A DNA stretch of 64,000 nt, from NCBI GenBank assembly GCA_017460175.1, contig JAFUBO010000003.1, positions 96,651 through 160,650 of the forward strand, given 5' to 3'. The position numbers were made by a program, and so were the translations under genes. Positions 36,815 to 46,802 of the stretch are shown in pieces. Source of the DNA: Bacilli bacterium (GTDB lineage Bacteria; Bacillota_I; Bacilli_A; RF39; UBA660). The notes beneath the pieces are model-generated. The model was not told where the DNA came from, made no database searches, and was given only the letters and a program-made list of their open reading frames with translations. Numbering within the stretch: position 1 is the first letter of the stretch; each line of letters starts with the position of its first letter.

Positions 36815-37912
36815 ATGCTTGATAATGCTTTTAGGTTATTAAAAGAAATAAATGATCATTCATATGAAGCATATATAGTAGGAGGATTTGTAAGAGATTA
36901 TTTATTAGGTATAGAATCTAATGATATAGATATATGTACTAATGCTACTCCTAAAGATATAAGAGAAATATTTAATGATAAATGCCTTCCTTTAGAGGAT
37001 TATGGATCCATTACAGTAGTGATAAAGGGAATTAACTATGAAATTACTACATATAGAAAAGAAATAGGTTATAGTGATAATAGACACCCTAATGAAATTA
37101 AATATATAAATGATTTAAGAGAAGATTTATTAAGAAGAGATTTTACTATTAATACTATATGTATGGATAAAGATGGTAATATAATTGATTATCTTGATGG
37201 TAAAAAAGATTTGGGAAAAAGATTAATTCGTACTGTAGGTGATAGTTATACTAAATTTAATGAAGATGCTTTACGTATTTTAAGAGCTATACGTTTTGCG
37301 ACTATTCTTAATTTTAATTTAGATGACGATTTGAAAGAGGCTATTTTAAAAACTAAACATTTACTTAAGAATATATCTTATACTCGTAAAAAAAGTGAAT
37401 TAGATAAGATATTTAATAGTCCTAATTTTAAAAAAGGTATTAAAACTATATTGGATTTAGGACTTGATAAAGAATTAGAAATTTCTAATTTATATAAAGT
37501 ATTAGATTCAGATGTATCTAGTTCTATTGGTATTTGGAGTATATTAAATGTATCAGATAAATATCCATTTAATAAGAATGAATTAGATATCATTGGTGAT
37601 GTAAATGAGGTAGTTGCTTTAGATAATTTAAATCCAAGTGTTTTATATAAATATGGATTATATGTAAATAGTGTAGCTGGTAAAATAAAGAAGAAAGATG
37701 CTAAAAAGATAATAGAGGCTTATAATAATCTTATTATCAAAAGTAGAAAAGAAATTAATGTAACGTCAGAAGAAATTATGGCTATATTAAAAAAAGAACC
37801 TGGAGAGTATTTAAAAGATATTTATGATGATATTGAACGAGAAATATTGTATAATAGATTAAAGAATGAAAAGAAGAGTATTTGTGAATATATTAAAAAT
37901 AAGTATTCATAG
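36815..37912 (+). CDS. cca: CCA tRNA nucleotidyltransferase
   Basis: VGGFVRD, DIDICT, intact flexible loop YRKEIGYSDNRHP, RRDFTIN, EDALRILRAIRF. Confidence 0.92.
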   Translation: MLDNAFRLLKEINDHSYEAYIVGGFVRDYLLGIESNDIDICTNATPKDIREIFNDKCLPLEDYGSITVVIKGINYEITTYRKEIGYSDNRHPNEIKYINDLREDLLRRDFTINTICMDKDGNIIDYLDGKKDLGKRLIRTVGDSYTKFNEDALRILRAIRFATILNFNLDDDLKEAILKTKHLLKNISYTRKKSELDKIFNSPNFKKGIKTILDLGLDKELEISNLYKVLDSDVSSSIGIWSILNVSDKYPFNKNELDIIGDVNEVVALDNLNPSVLYKYGLYVNSVAGKIKKKDAKKIIEAYNNLIIKSRKEINVTSEEIMAILKKEPGEYLKDIYDDIEREILYNRLKNEKKSICEYIKNKYS

Positions 37913-37922
37913 GAGGTTGAAT

Positions 37923-38798
37923 ATGAAAAGAATTATATATTTTTTATGTTTATGTAGTTTATTTATATTTACTAATGTTAATGCCCAAGATTATGAATTA
38001 AATAAATTAATTCCTGTTGATACTATTGCTAGTGTTAAAACTGAGAAATTTGATTATAATAATTTTGTTTATAGTTCTAGTTTAAATGATAAAGAAATAT
38101 CAACTATAACATTTGAGTCAATCAAAAATAACACTCATAGTAAATTACCAGTAAGTATTAATATATTATTATTTGGTAATGATCAAAAGAATATAGGTTT
38201 TTTAACTTATTGTAGTGATAAGGATTTAAGTAGTAATTATTCGGGATTTAAAATATCAGGAGAAGCAAGTGCACCTTTTTCTATAAATGTAGCAAGAAAA
38301 TACTTTATAGATGGTAAAAGCGCTAAAGATGTTAAGTATATAGCTGTTATGGATGAAAATAAGTATTGTCATATTGGGGGATATGATAAGTATAAAGATT
38401 TAACTATTGATGAAATAGTTAATGGGGTAGGAGAAAAAGATAAAACTACTAATGGTCTTAAAAAATTAATAATAGAGATACAAGAAAAAAATCTTCAACC
38501 AATTATTATAGGTATTTTAATATCATTAGCGATATTAGTTATTATTATAATGATTGTTAAGGTATTAATTAAAAAATTAAAGAACAAAGTAATATCTTCT
38601 AAAAAATTAGATGATACTTTTACTGAAGAAACTATAGATTTAAGTTATAGTGATAAAGATACTGATGATTTAGTTCTTGATGATGATAGTGTTTCTATTG
38701 GAAATTCAAATGTAGTAAATGATAATGATATAGAAAATTCTGATGCTACAGATAGTGAAAATGATGAAGAATCTGATTTAACAAATTTATTTAAATAG
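37923..38798 (+). CDS. Hypothetical type I membrane protein (signal peptide, extracellular domain, TM, acidic cytoplasmic tail)
   Basis: MKRIIYFLCLCSLFIFTNVNA signal; TM IIIGILISLAILVIIIMIV; D/E-rich tail. Start moved to 37923 behind AGGAGG. Confidence 0.75.
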   Translation: MKRIIYFLCLCSLFIFTNVNAQDYELNKLIPVDTIASVKTEKFDYNNFVYSSSLNDKEISTITFESIKNNTHSKLPVSINILLFGNDQKNIGFLTYCSDKDLSSNYSGFKISGEASAPFSINVARKYFIDGKSAKDVKYIAVMDENKYCHIGGYDKYKDLTIDEIVNGVGEKDKTTNGLKKLIIEIQEKNLQPIIIGILISLAILVIIIMIVKVLIKKLKNKVISSKKLDDTFTEETIDLSYSDKDTDDLVLDDDSVSIGNSNVVNDNDIENSDATDSENDEESDLTNLFK

Positions 38799-38848
38799 AT
38801 TCTTTTTTTTAAATATGTGTTATTATATTTAATTAAGGAGATGATCAA

Positions 38849-39517
38849 ATGAAAAGTTCTAAATTAATTGATATATTTAAAGATGGTAATATTGTTATAC
38901 CTATTTATATATTTAAGAATTATAAGAAATTAAGTATTAATATGGATGAGTTTGTATTTTTAATGTATTTATATAATTTAGGTAATAATTTTTTATTTGA
39001 TCTTAATAAGTTTTCAAATGATTTGGGGATTGATACTAAGGATATTTTAAATTATGTTTCATCTTTAACAGATAAAAAATTAATAAAAGTAGAAGTATTA
39101 AAGAATGATAAGAATGTTATGGAAGAAGTAGTAATATTAGATGATTTTTATGAAAAGATTGCTTATTTTACTATAGATGATATTAATAATACACCTAGTG
39201 ATGATTCTAATATATTTCAATTAATAGAGAAAGAATTTGGTAAGACATTAAGTCCAATGGAAATGGAAATAATAAAAGCTTGGCTTGAAAGTAATATAAG
39301 TGAAGATTTAATAAAAGAAGCTTTGAAAGAGGCTACTTTTAATGGAGTTTCTAATTTAAGATATATTGATAAGATTTTATATGAATGGGGTAGGAAGGGT
39401 GTTAAAACAGTTGAAGATGTTGAAAAAATTAGAAAGTCAAGGAATAAGAGTGAAGATAATGATGTAGTAATTGATACTGAAATATTTGATTGGAATTGGT
39501 TAGATGAAGAGGAATAG
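38849..39517 (+). CDS. dnaD: Replication initiation protein DnaD
   Basis: EKEFGKTLSPMEME, NLRYIDKILYEW (YxxxIxxxW); dnaD-nth-ponA synteny. Confidence 0.93.
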   Translation: MKSSKLIDIFKDGNIVIPIYIFKNYKKLSINMDEFVFLMYLYNLGNNFLFDLNKFSNDLGIDTKDILNYVSSLTDKKLIKVEVLKNDKNVMEEVVILDDFYEKIAYFTIDDINNTPSDDSNIFQLIEKEFGKTLSPMEMEIIKAWLESNISEDLIKEALKEATFNGVSNLRYIDKILYEWGRKGVKTVEDVEKIRKSRNKSEDNDVVIDTEIFDWNWLDEEE

Positions 39518-40133
39518 GATTGAAGAGTATTTTGAAGAGTTGTTTCCTAATCCTATATGTGAGCTTAATTATAATAATGATTATGAATTGTTGATAGCAA
39601 TAGTATTATCTGCTCAAAGTACAGATAAAAGAGTTAATATGGTTACTCCTATTTTATTTGAAAAGTATTCTTCTCTAAAAGAGTTAAAAAATGCTGATTT
39701 AAAGGATTTAGAGCATATTATAAGGCCAGTGGGGTCATTTCGTAAAAAAGCGTCTTATATTAAGAATATAGCCACTATTTTGGTTGATTTATATGATGGT
39801 GTTGTTCCTACTAACAGAGATGCATTGATTAAGTTACCAGGAGTTGGGAGAAAAACTATTAATGTGTTTTTAAGTGAATATCATAATATTCCTGCAATAG
39901 CAGTTGATACGCATGTTGAGAGAATTTCTAAAAGACTAGGGTTGGTTTCAAAAAATGCTGATGTATTAAGTATTGAAAAGAGACTAGAAAAATTTTTTGA
40001 TAAAAGTGTTTGGGGTAGAAGACATTTACAGATGGTTTTATTTGGGAGATATTATTGTAAAGCAATTAATCCAAAGTGTGCTAATTGTAAGTTAATTAAC
40101 GTATGTAATGAAAAAAATAAAAGAGTAAGTTAA
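39504..40133 (+). CDS. nth: Endonuclease III
   Basis: LSAQSTD, HhH LPGVGRKT, AVDTH, C-x6-C-x2-C-x5-C Fe-S cluster. Confidence 0.97.
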   Translation: MKRNRIEEYFEELFPNPICELNYNNDYELLIAIVLSAQSTDKRVNMVTPILFEKYSSLKELKNADLKDLEHIIRPVGSFRKKASYIKNIATILVDLYDGVVPTNRDALIKLPGVGRKTINVFLSEYHNIPAIAVDTHVERISKRLGLVSKNADVLSIEKRLEKFFDKSVWGRRHLQMVLFGRYYCKAINPKCANCKLINVCNEKNKRVS

Positions 40134-40135
40134 TC

Positions 40136-42871
40136 TTACTCTTTTGTTTTACAAGTTTTTGTTTTTTCATCATAAATCTTTGTTGTATCTGTACATACAC
40201 ATTTATTATTTTCAAGTTTAGTATCTTCAGGACATGTTATTTTCTCTTCTGGTACTGGATCAGGTTTAGGTGCTTCATATTTTTTAACTGCTGCTTCACT
40301 TTGAATATCATTATATGATTTATATGTAGCAATTATTTTGTATGTACCATATACTCCATCACTTGGTGTATACGTGTATGATGTTTTATCTGTCCATGTA
40401 ACTAACACGTTATTTTTATATATATTATATCCAAATTTACCATGTTCTTCTTTAGCAAATTCTCCAGGTGATACTGCGTTCCATGATAATGTAACTTTTT
40501 TATTTGAATCAGAAATCTTAAAGTTTCCAGGAGCAGGTAATTTATAATTTGATAAATCATATTCAGTAGGTTCAGTACCTTTTTTAAAGTATTCATATAC
40601 TGCTTCTCCACCAGGGACAGCAAGTTTAGGTGGGTTTGAACCAGGAGCAATTCCTACTTTAGAAACACTATTAGGTGGATTGAATGCACCTCTATCTGTT
40701 TCCATAGCTCCGGCATATACTAAAGAAGTAAATAATCTATCTTTTTGTATTGCAGCTGGTGTTTGATGTAATACATAACCTTGGGCAACTGATTCTGGTG
40801 TAATATTATCATAACCATACCACATACCTATAGTAGTTTGTGTAGAATATCCAACAACCCATGAATCACGAATTGCATCATATGGTAATCCCATTGACTC
40901 ATGTGTGCTTTCATCATAGTTTGTAGTACCTGTTTTACAAGCTACATTATATGGTGTACCACCAACTAATGCAACGTCTTGTAACATACTAGAAATCATG
41001 AATGCTGTTGCATCTGACATTACTTGTTTCTTTTCACCTTGGTGTTCAACTGTTACTCCAGTTTGACGATATACAAATTTATTTACAGAATATGGTTCGT
41101 TATAATATCCACCATTTGAGAATGCTGAATATGCAGCAGCCATTTCAAGTGGAGAAACACCTGTGAATGCTCCAATTGAATGTGCTTCATGTAAACTTAT
41201 TGTGGCTTGTACATCGTTTTTATCTTCTTTATTAACACAATTATTATTAGCTCGATCATATTTGTATCCACTTGCACATATTTCAGGAGTTATTCCTAAG
41301 TTAGTAACAAATTCTTTTATTTTCTCGTTATCTACTTTTTGGAATGCTTTAAGTGCTGGGATATTACGTGAAGTAGATAGGGCTCTTCTCATTGTTATTT
41401 GTCCGAAATATCCACCATCCCAGTTTCTTATAGATCTACCATTAGAATATGTATATGGTTCATCTACAAATTGTTCATATGTTGACCAATTATTATATTC
41501 AATACCTGGACCATAATCAAATAGTGGTTTAGCACTTGATCCTGGCTGACGTTTTATTTGTGTAGCATAGTTATATTGTCTTGCTTGTCCTTGTGTTCTT
41601 GAATTAACGTTACGTCCATTACCTATGGCAAGTATTTTTCCTGTTTGACTTTCAAGTACAGCAACACCAGTTTGAACTCTATCATCTATCCAGTTGTAAT
41701 TCTCACCACTTAATACTGAATTAACAGCATTTTGTCTACCTGGGTCAAGGGTTGTATATACAAGAAGTGGTGTTGTGTATGGGCTTACTCCATATTTGTC
41801 TTCTAATTCTTCTGCAACTGTATCAATGAATCCTTGATATGGATTATCGTTTGAACTACTAACGTCTGCTGTTAAAGATTCAACAGGAATGGCGTTGGCC
41901 ATTTTTTCTTCTTCTTTAGTAATATATCCTGCTCTACGCATTAGATATAAAACTGTTTTTCTTCTTGCAGCGGCATTTTTAGGATTTACTGTTGGTCTGT
42001 AGTAGTTTGGAGATTTAAACATTCCAGCTAAAATAGCAGCTTCACTTAAATTAAGTTCACTAACACTTTTACCAAAGTATGCATTAGAAGCTTCTTCAAC
42101 ACCATAGATGTTTCCACCTAAGAAGTGGTTATTAACATAAAATTCAATTATTTCTTCTTTTGAATAATCTTTTTCTAACATAAATACCGTTATATAGATA
42201 TCTTCAAATTTACGAATAATACCTTTGACACCAGAAGATGCTTGTCCTAATGGATCAGTAAAACTATTTTTTGTAACTTGCATTGATAATGTAGAAGCAC
42301 CACCAGCTTCAGATCCTTTTGTTAATTGTCCCATTGTAGCTTTAATAAAACGTGGGGCATCAAAGCCATTGTGTTGAAAGAATCTTGAATCTTCTGTAGC
42401 AATTATTGCATCTACTAATACTTCAGGTAATTCATCATATGTTACTTTTTCACGTTTTTCAGAACCTAGTTTAGCAATTTCGTTACCATACATATCATAT
42501 ATTCTAGAAATTTCCATGGTATTTAATTTTGATTTTTTATATTTTGGATCTGCTTGACCTTTTACATATATAATGAAGCAACTAAATCCAACTAAGCAAA
42601 GAATACCAAATGATAAGAATACTATTAGCAATATGCTTATTAATTTTCTTCTTTTTTTACCTTTTCTAGTTGTGATAAATCTAATTCCTAGAATTATTCC
42701 AATTAATAATGCTACAAAAATAGAATATTTAAGTCCTAATGCTATGTAACATATTAATAAAATCACAACTATACCTAATAATATAGCTAATTTAATATTT
42801 ATATTTAATTTTTTTCCTTTAAATCTTGGTTTTGTATTATTTTTCCTTCTTTTTAATTCTTTTTTTCGCAT
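40136..42871 (-). CDS. ponA: Class A penicillin-binding protein 1A with FN3-like domain and Cys-rich tail
   Basis: TG motifs EDSRF, GASTLSMQ, RKFED; TP motifs SSAK, SRN, KTG; adjacent to recU. Confidence 0.93.
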   Translation of the reverse strand: MRKKELKRRKNNTKPRFKGKKLNINIKLAILLGIVVILLICYIALGLKYSIFVALLIGIILGIRFITTRKGKKRRKLISILLIVFLSFGILCLVGFSCFIIYVKGQADPKYKKSKLNTMEISRIYDMYGNEIAKLGSEKREKVTYDELPEVLVDAIIATEDSRFFQHNGFDAPRFIKATMGQLTKGSEAGGASTLSMQVTKNSFTDPLGQASSGVKGIIRKFEDIYITVFMLEKDYSKEEIIEFYVNNHFLGGNIYGVEEASNAYFGKSVSELNLSEAAILAGMFKSPNYYRPTVNPKNAAARRKTVLYLMRRAGYITKEEEKMANAIPVESLTADVSSSNDNPYQGFIDTVAEELEDKYGVSPYTTPLLVYTTLDPGRQNAVNSVLSGENYNWIDDRVQTGVAVLESQTGKILAIGNGRNVNSRTQGQARQYNYATQIKRQPGSSAKPLFDYGPGIEYNNWSTYEQFVDEPYTYSNGRSIRNWDGGYFGQITMRRALSTSRNIPALKAFQKVDNEKIKEFVTNLGITPEICASGYKYDRANNNCVNKEDKNDVQATISLHEAHSIGAFTGVSPLEMAAAYSAFSNGGYYNEPYSVNKFVYRQTGVTVEHQGEKKQVMSDATAFMISSMLQDVALVGGTPYNVACKTGTTNYDESTHESMGLPYDAIRDSWVVGYSTQTTIGMWYGYDNITPESVAQGYVLHQTPAAIQKDRLFTSLVYAGAMETDRGAFNPPNSVSKVGIAPGSNPPKLAVPGGEAVYEYFKKGTEPTEYDLSNYKLPAPGNFKISDSNKKVTLSWNAVSPGEFAKEEHGKFGYNIYKNNVLVTWTDKTSYTYTPSDGVYGTYKIIATYKSYNDIQSEAAVKKYEAPKPDPVPEEKITCPEDTKLENNKCVCTDTTKIYDEKTKTCKTKE

Positions 42872-43455
42872 TTATATACCTCCAATATTTGATCAACTAT
42901 TTTTAAATAATCTAATCTTGGTCTATAACCATCTTTTATTATATATCCTTTTTCTTTAAAAAAATTAATTGGAATAGATTTTCTATTATTATTGTTTATA
43001 AATTCTAAAAATTCTTTTGTTTCTAATAAGTAAGTTTCATTTAAAGTAGTGAATCTTACTATCAAAAATGATATTCCTTTATGTTTATTTATACTTTCTA
43101 GATGTTTTATTTGATGTGGATGGATATTATCTAAAGAAAAAGATGTTTTATTTTTAGTTTCTTTTGCTTCAAAATCAATATAATATCCTTTATATAAACC
43201 ATTATAATCTGTTGTTGATGGTACAGTGAAGAAAGCTTCTTTAATAGTGGCTTTATCACGTGATGGATAATCAACTTTTGTAATTTTTATAGGTGTAGGT
43301 TTTTTATAAATAATTGCAATATCTTCTTCTCTATAGTATTGATTAGAGTCATTTATTTCACTTTCTAGAGTCATACCTCTATTACTGTGACTTATAGTTT
43401 TGACTATAGATGAATCTTTTATATTACTCTTTTTTAAACCATTTGGATAATTCAT
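42853..43455 (-). CDS. recU: Holliday junction resolvase
   Basis: SNRGMTLE, KKPTPI, TDYNG, DFEAKET, HQIKHL. Confidence 0.97.
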   Translation of the reverse strand: MNYPNGLKKSNIKDSSIVKTISHSNRGMTLESEINDSNQYYREEDIAIIYKKPTPIKITKVDYPSRDKATIKEAFFTVPSTTDYNGLYKGYYIDFEAKETKNKTSFSLDNIHPHQIKHLESINKHKGISFLIVRFTTLNETYLLETKEFLEFINNNNRKSIPINFFKEKGYIIKDGYRPRLDYLKIVDQILEVYKCEKKN

Positions 43456-43588
43456 CTAACCACCTACCATTAATTATACTATAAGTTTTATTATTTTACC
43501 ATATATTTTTATATGTAATTTTATATCTTCTTTTGTCGTATTTATGATTTTTTAAAAATTATGTAATATGATGTTTTTTGGTGATATT

Positions 43589-43702
43589 ATGAATTATTTA
43601 GAAATAAATAAAATATTAAATAGAATGATCAACAATACTAGACTTGCAAAGATATGTATATTAAAGAATGGGTTAATAATTGACAAAAATACTAAGAAAT
43701 GA
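43589..43702 (+). CDS. Possible small basic ORF, 37 aa
   Basis: GGTGAT SD then MNYLEINKILNRMINNTRLAKICILKNGLIIDKNTKK; overlaps the gpsB promoter; may be spurious. Confidence 0.25.
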   Translation: MNYLEINKILNRMINNTRLAKICILKNGLIIDKNTKK

Positions 43703-43708
43703 CATAAT
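43680..43708 (+). promoter_or_regulatory. SigA promoter of gpsB-rnpB
   Basis: TTGACA-17 nt-CATAAT with TG extension. Confidence 0.7.
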
Positions 43709-43733
43709 ACTAATATAAGGGATTGGTGATATT

Positions 43734-44084
43734 ATGTATCAAAATAAGATTAAGCTTATGCCTCAAGATATATTAGAGAAAAATTTTAAAATTGATACAA
43801 GAGGTTATCGTTTAAAAGAAGTAGACCAATTTTTAGATGATATTATTAGTGATTATGAACAATTTCTTGAAATTATTAATAATCTAGAGAAAGAAAAGGC
43901 AGATTTGCTTACTGAAATTATGAATTTAAAGCAAGAATTACGTAATTCGAGATTAAACATGGAAGTTGCATCTACTACTAAAAATGGTGGAGAAGTAACT
44001 AATGTTGATATTATGCGTAGACTTTCTCAACTTGAAAAAATGGTTTATGGTCAAAAAACAAATAATGAAAAAGAAAACAATTAA
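43734..44084 (+). CDS. gpsB: DivIVA-domain cell-cycle protein GpsB
   Basis: DILEKNFK...RGY...EVDQFLD and TNVDIMRRLSQLEKMVYG; immediately before rnpB. Confidence 0.93.
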   Translation: MYQNKIKLMPQDILEKNFKIDTRGYRLKEVDQFLDDIISDYEQFLEIINNLEKEKADLLTEIMNLKQELRNSRLNMEVASTTKNGGEVTNVDIMRRLSQLEKMVYGQKTNNEKENN

Positions 44085-44429
44085 TATATAGACAAACGCT
44101 GGAGTCCTAGAGACTCTTGAGGAAAGTCCATGCTCACACATACCTGTGATGGTAGTAGTGTTCGTGCCTAGGGAATAAATAACCTAGGGTAGTCTATTGG
44201 CTAACGACGGGAGATGTCCTAAGTCCTTGGATATGGAATATCCCATAAAGTGCCGCAGTGACGAATCTTTTTGAAAAAGAAGAATGAAACGTGGTAAACT
44301 CCGCGAGTGAGAAATCCAAAATTGGTAGGAGAGTCCTAACGAAAGAATTAGAATGGAGTTAGGGACCGAAAGGTAGATAAATGTTTGTCGCCCGTAAGGG
44401 TACAGAACATGGCTTATTTATATTTATTG
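44078..44429 (+). ncRNA. rnpB: RNase P RNA, type B
   Basis: P4 motifs GAGGAAAGTCCATGCTC (44119) and AGAACATGGCTTA (44404); GTGCCGCAGTGACG and TGAAACGTGGTAAACTCC core; ends can pair (CAATTAATATA / TATATTTATTG). Ends approximate. Confidence 0.97.
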
Positions 44430-44448
44430 TTTATAAACGAGGTGTATT

Positions 44449-44934
44449 ATGAAGGAGTTAGGGGAGTATTTAAAACAAACAAGAATTAGTAATGGTGTTA
44501 GTATTACTGAAGCTTGTGAAGATTTGGAACTTTCGACATCACAACTTGAAAATATTGAAAGTGGAAATGTTAAAGCTTTTAAAGACGTTTATGAATTAAG
44601 AGATTATATTAAACTATATGCTAAATACTTAGGATTAAAATCAGATAAGGTATTAGATGAGTTTAATAGTTTTTTATTTCAACACACTTCTAAGATTTCT
44701 TTAGATGATATTATGGAGGCTCAAAGAAAGAAAGAAGAAGAATTAAAAGATAAAAAAATAAAATCTCCATATACTAAAGAATATAAAGAGAGTTTTAATT
44801 TCATACCTATCATATATATATTAGTAGGTTTAATCCTTTTTATAGGAATATTATATTTAGTACTTAGTCATATTAATACAGTTCCTAAAAGAACTGATGA
44901 ATTAAAAGGAGTTGAAATATATGAACTTGCCTAA
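44449..44934 (+). CDS. RodZ/YmfM-like HTH membrane protein (short)
   Basis: ELGEYLKQTR, LENIESG, YIKLYAKYLGL, C-terminal TM; upstream of pgsA. Confidence 0.85.
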   Translation: MKELGEYLKQTRISNGVSITEACEDLELSTSQLENIESGNVKAFKDVYELRDYIKLYAKYLGLKSDKVLDEFNSFLFQHTSKISLDDIMEAQRKKEEELKDKKIKSPYTKEYKESFNFIPIIYILVGLILFIGILYLVLSHINTVPKRTDELKGVEIYELA

Positions 44935-45523
44935 TAAAATAACAGTTGCAAGATTATTTTTAACAGGTATTATTATAATACTATTAGTTATACCATTTTC
45001 TTATTTCGGTATAAATTTTCCAAAATTTGATGTTAATGGTGTAGTAGTGGAATTACATTATATTATTGCAGGTTTTATATTTATAATAGCCAGTGTAACA
45101 GATTTTTTAGATGGTCATATAGCTAGAAAATATAATTTAGTAACTGATACTGGAAAAATGCTTGATGCAATAGCTGATAAGGTTTTAGTTAATCCAATGT
45201 TAATAATACTTTCAGCGAATGGATTTATTCCCGTAATAATTCCGGTAATATATGTAACTAGAGATATCATAGTGGATGCTATTAAAATGCAGGCAGCAAG
45301 TAAAGGTAAAGTTGTAGCTGCTATTAAAAGTGGAAAATTAAAAACAGCAACTATGATGGTAGGATTATCATTAGTTTTCTTTTATAATATACCATTTGAA
45401 TTTATAGGTATTAGAGTAGATTTATTCTTATTATACTTTGCATGTATAATGGCAGTTGTAAGTGCTATAGAGTATTATGTTTTAAATAAGAAAATATTAT
45501 TTTCAAATAATGAAATTATTTAA
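44921..45523 (+). CDS. pgsA: CDP-diacylglycerol--glycerol-3-phosphate 3-phosphatidyltransferase
   Basis: MNLPNKITVAR, TDFLDGHIARK, GKMLDAIADK, GKLKT. Start moved to 44921. Confidence 0.96.
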   Translation: MNLPNKITVARLFLTGIIIILLVIPFSYFGINFPKFDVNGVVVELHYIIAGFIFIIASVTDFLDGHIARKYNLVTDTGKMLDAIADKVLVNPMLIILSANGFIPVIIPVIYVTRDIIVDAIKMQAASKGKVVAAIKSGKLKTATMMVGLSLVFFYNIPFEFIGIRVDLFLLYFACIMAVVSAIEYYVLNKKILFSNNEII

Positions 45524-45604
45524 TTCAATATAATAGTATTTTGAAAAATTCCTTTTGATATAAGGAATTTTTATTTTTCTATAAAAATATAAATGTAAAA
45601 TACA

Positions 45605-45656
45605 AAAACATTTGTTCGAAAAACTATTGACTTTTATTTATTGTTTATTATACAAT
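45605..45656 (+). promoter_or_regulatory. recA promoter with LexA (DinR)-like SOS box
   Basis: AAAC-ATTT-GTTCG at 45606-45618 (one mismatch to GAAC-N4-GTTC) just upstream of TTGACT (45627) and TACAAT (45651). Confidence 0.65.
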
Positions 45657-45689
45657 GATAATGTAAGTTATTTACAAGGAGGATTAAAA

Positions 45690-46718
45690 ATGGCTGTAAG
45701 TAAAGATGCAAACAAAGATAAAAATAAAGCATTAGAACAAGTATTAAATGATATTGAAAAACAATTTGGTAAAGGTTCAATTATGAAGCTTGGAGAAAAT
45801 AAACATATGAAAGTAGATGTAGTATCAAGTGGTATTTTATCTCTTGATGTTGCATTAGGTGTTGGTGGATATCCTAAAGGAAGAATAATTGAAATATATG
45901 GACCAGAATCAAGTGGAAAAACTACTTTTGCATTACAAGCAATTGCTGAACATCAAAAATTAGGAGGACGTGCAGCTTTTATAGATGCAGAACATGCTTT
46001 AGATCCAGTGTATGCTGAAAGATTAGGTGTTAATATTGATGAATTACTTTTATCTCAACCTGATACTGGTGAACAAGCATTAGAAATATGTGATGCGTTA
46101 GTTAGAAGTGAAGCTATTAGTATTATAGTAATAGATTCAGTAGCTGCACTTGTTCCACAAGCAGAAATAGATGGTGAGATGGGAGACTCTCATGTAGGTC
46201 TTCAAGCAAGACTTATGTCTCAAGCACTTCGTAAATTAAATGGTACTATTAGTAAAACTAATACTACAGTAATATTTATTAATCAATTAAGAGAAAAAGT
46301 AGGGGTTATGTTTGGAAATCCTGAAACTACTACAGGTGGTAGAGCATTAAAATTCTATTCAAGTGTAAGACTTGAAATTAGAAGAAGTGAACAACTTAAA
46401 ATGGGTGATGGAGTAGTTGGTAATAAGACAAGTGTTAAAGTGGTTAAGAATAAAGTTGCTCCACCATTTAAATCTTGTATGGTTGATATAATGTATGGAG
46501 AAGGGGTTTCTCGTGAAGGTGAAATTATTGATTTAGCATCAGAAGCAGGTATTATTGAAAAGACAGGTGCTTGGTATGCATATCAAGGAGAAAAACTAGG
46601 ACAAGGAAAGGAAAACGTTAAGCTTTTATTAAAAGATAATCAAGAATTAGCAAAAGAATTAGAGAAAAAGGTAAGAGAATTCTATGATATTTCAGTAGAT
46701 GCAAAAAAAGGAGAATAA
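45690..46718 (+). CDS. recA: Recombinase A
   Basis: [30 protein letters not shown]. Start moved to 45690 behind AAGGAGG. Confidence 0.99.
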   Translation: MAVSKDANKDKNKALEQVLNDIEKQFGKGSIMKLGENKHMKVDVVSSGILSLDVALGVGGYPKGRIIEIYGPESSGKTTFALQAIAEHQKLGGRAAFIDAEHALDPVYAERLGVNIDELLLSQPDTGEQALEICDALVRSEAISIIVIDSVAALVPQAEIDGEMGDSHVGLQARLMSQALRKLNGTISKTNTTVIFINQLREKVGVMFGNPETTTGGRALKFYSSVRLEIRRSEQLKMGDGVVGNKTSVKVVKNKVAPPFKSCMVDIMYGEGVSREGEIIDLASEAGIIEKTGAWYAYQGEKLGQGKENVKLLLKDNQELAKELEKKVREFYDISVDAKKGE

Positions 46719-46802
46719 TCTCTCTTTTTGTATGAAATTTTATTTAACATAATAAAGCTTCTTAGAAATTAATTTATTACATATAATTAGATGAGGGATA
46801 AT

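Noticed and set aside
36815-37912. Short nucleotidyltransferase as a partial CC- or A-adding enzyme
   Set aside because: The flexible loop (RxExxYxDxRxP) and EDxxR motif are intact, consistent with a normal CCA-adding enzyme.
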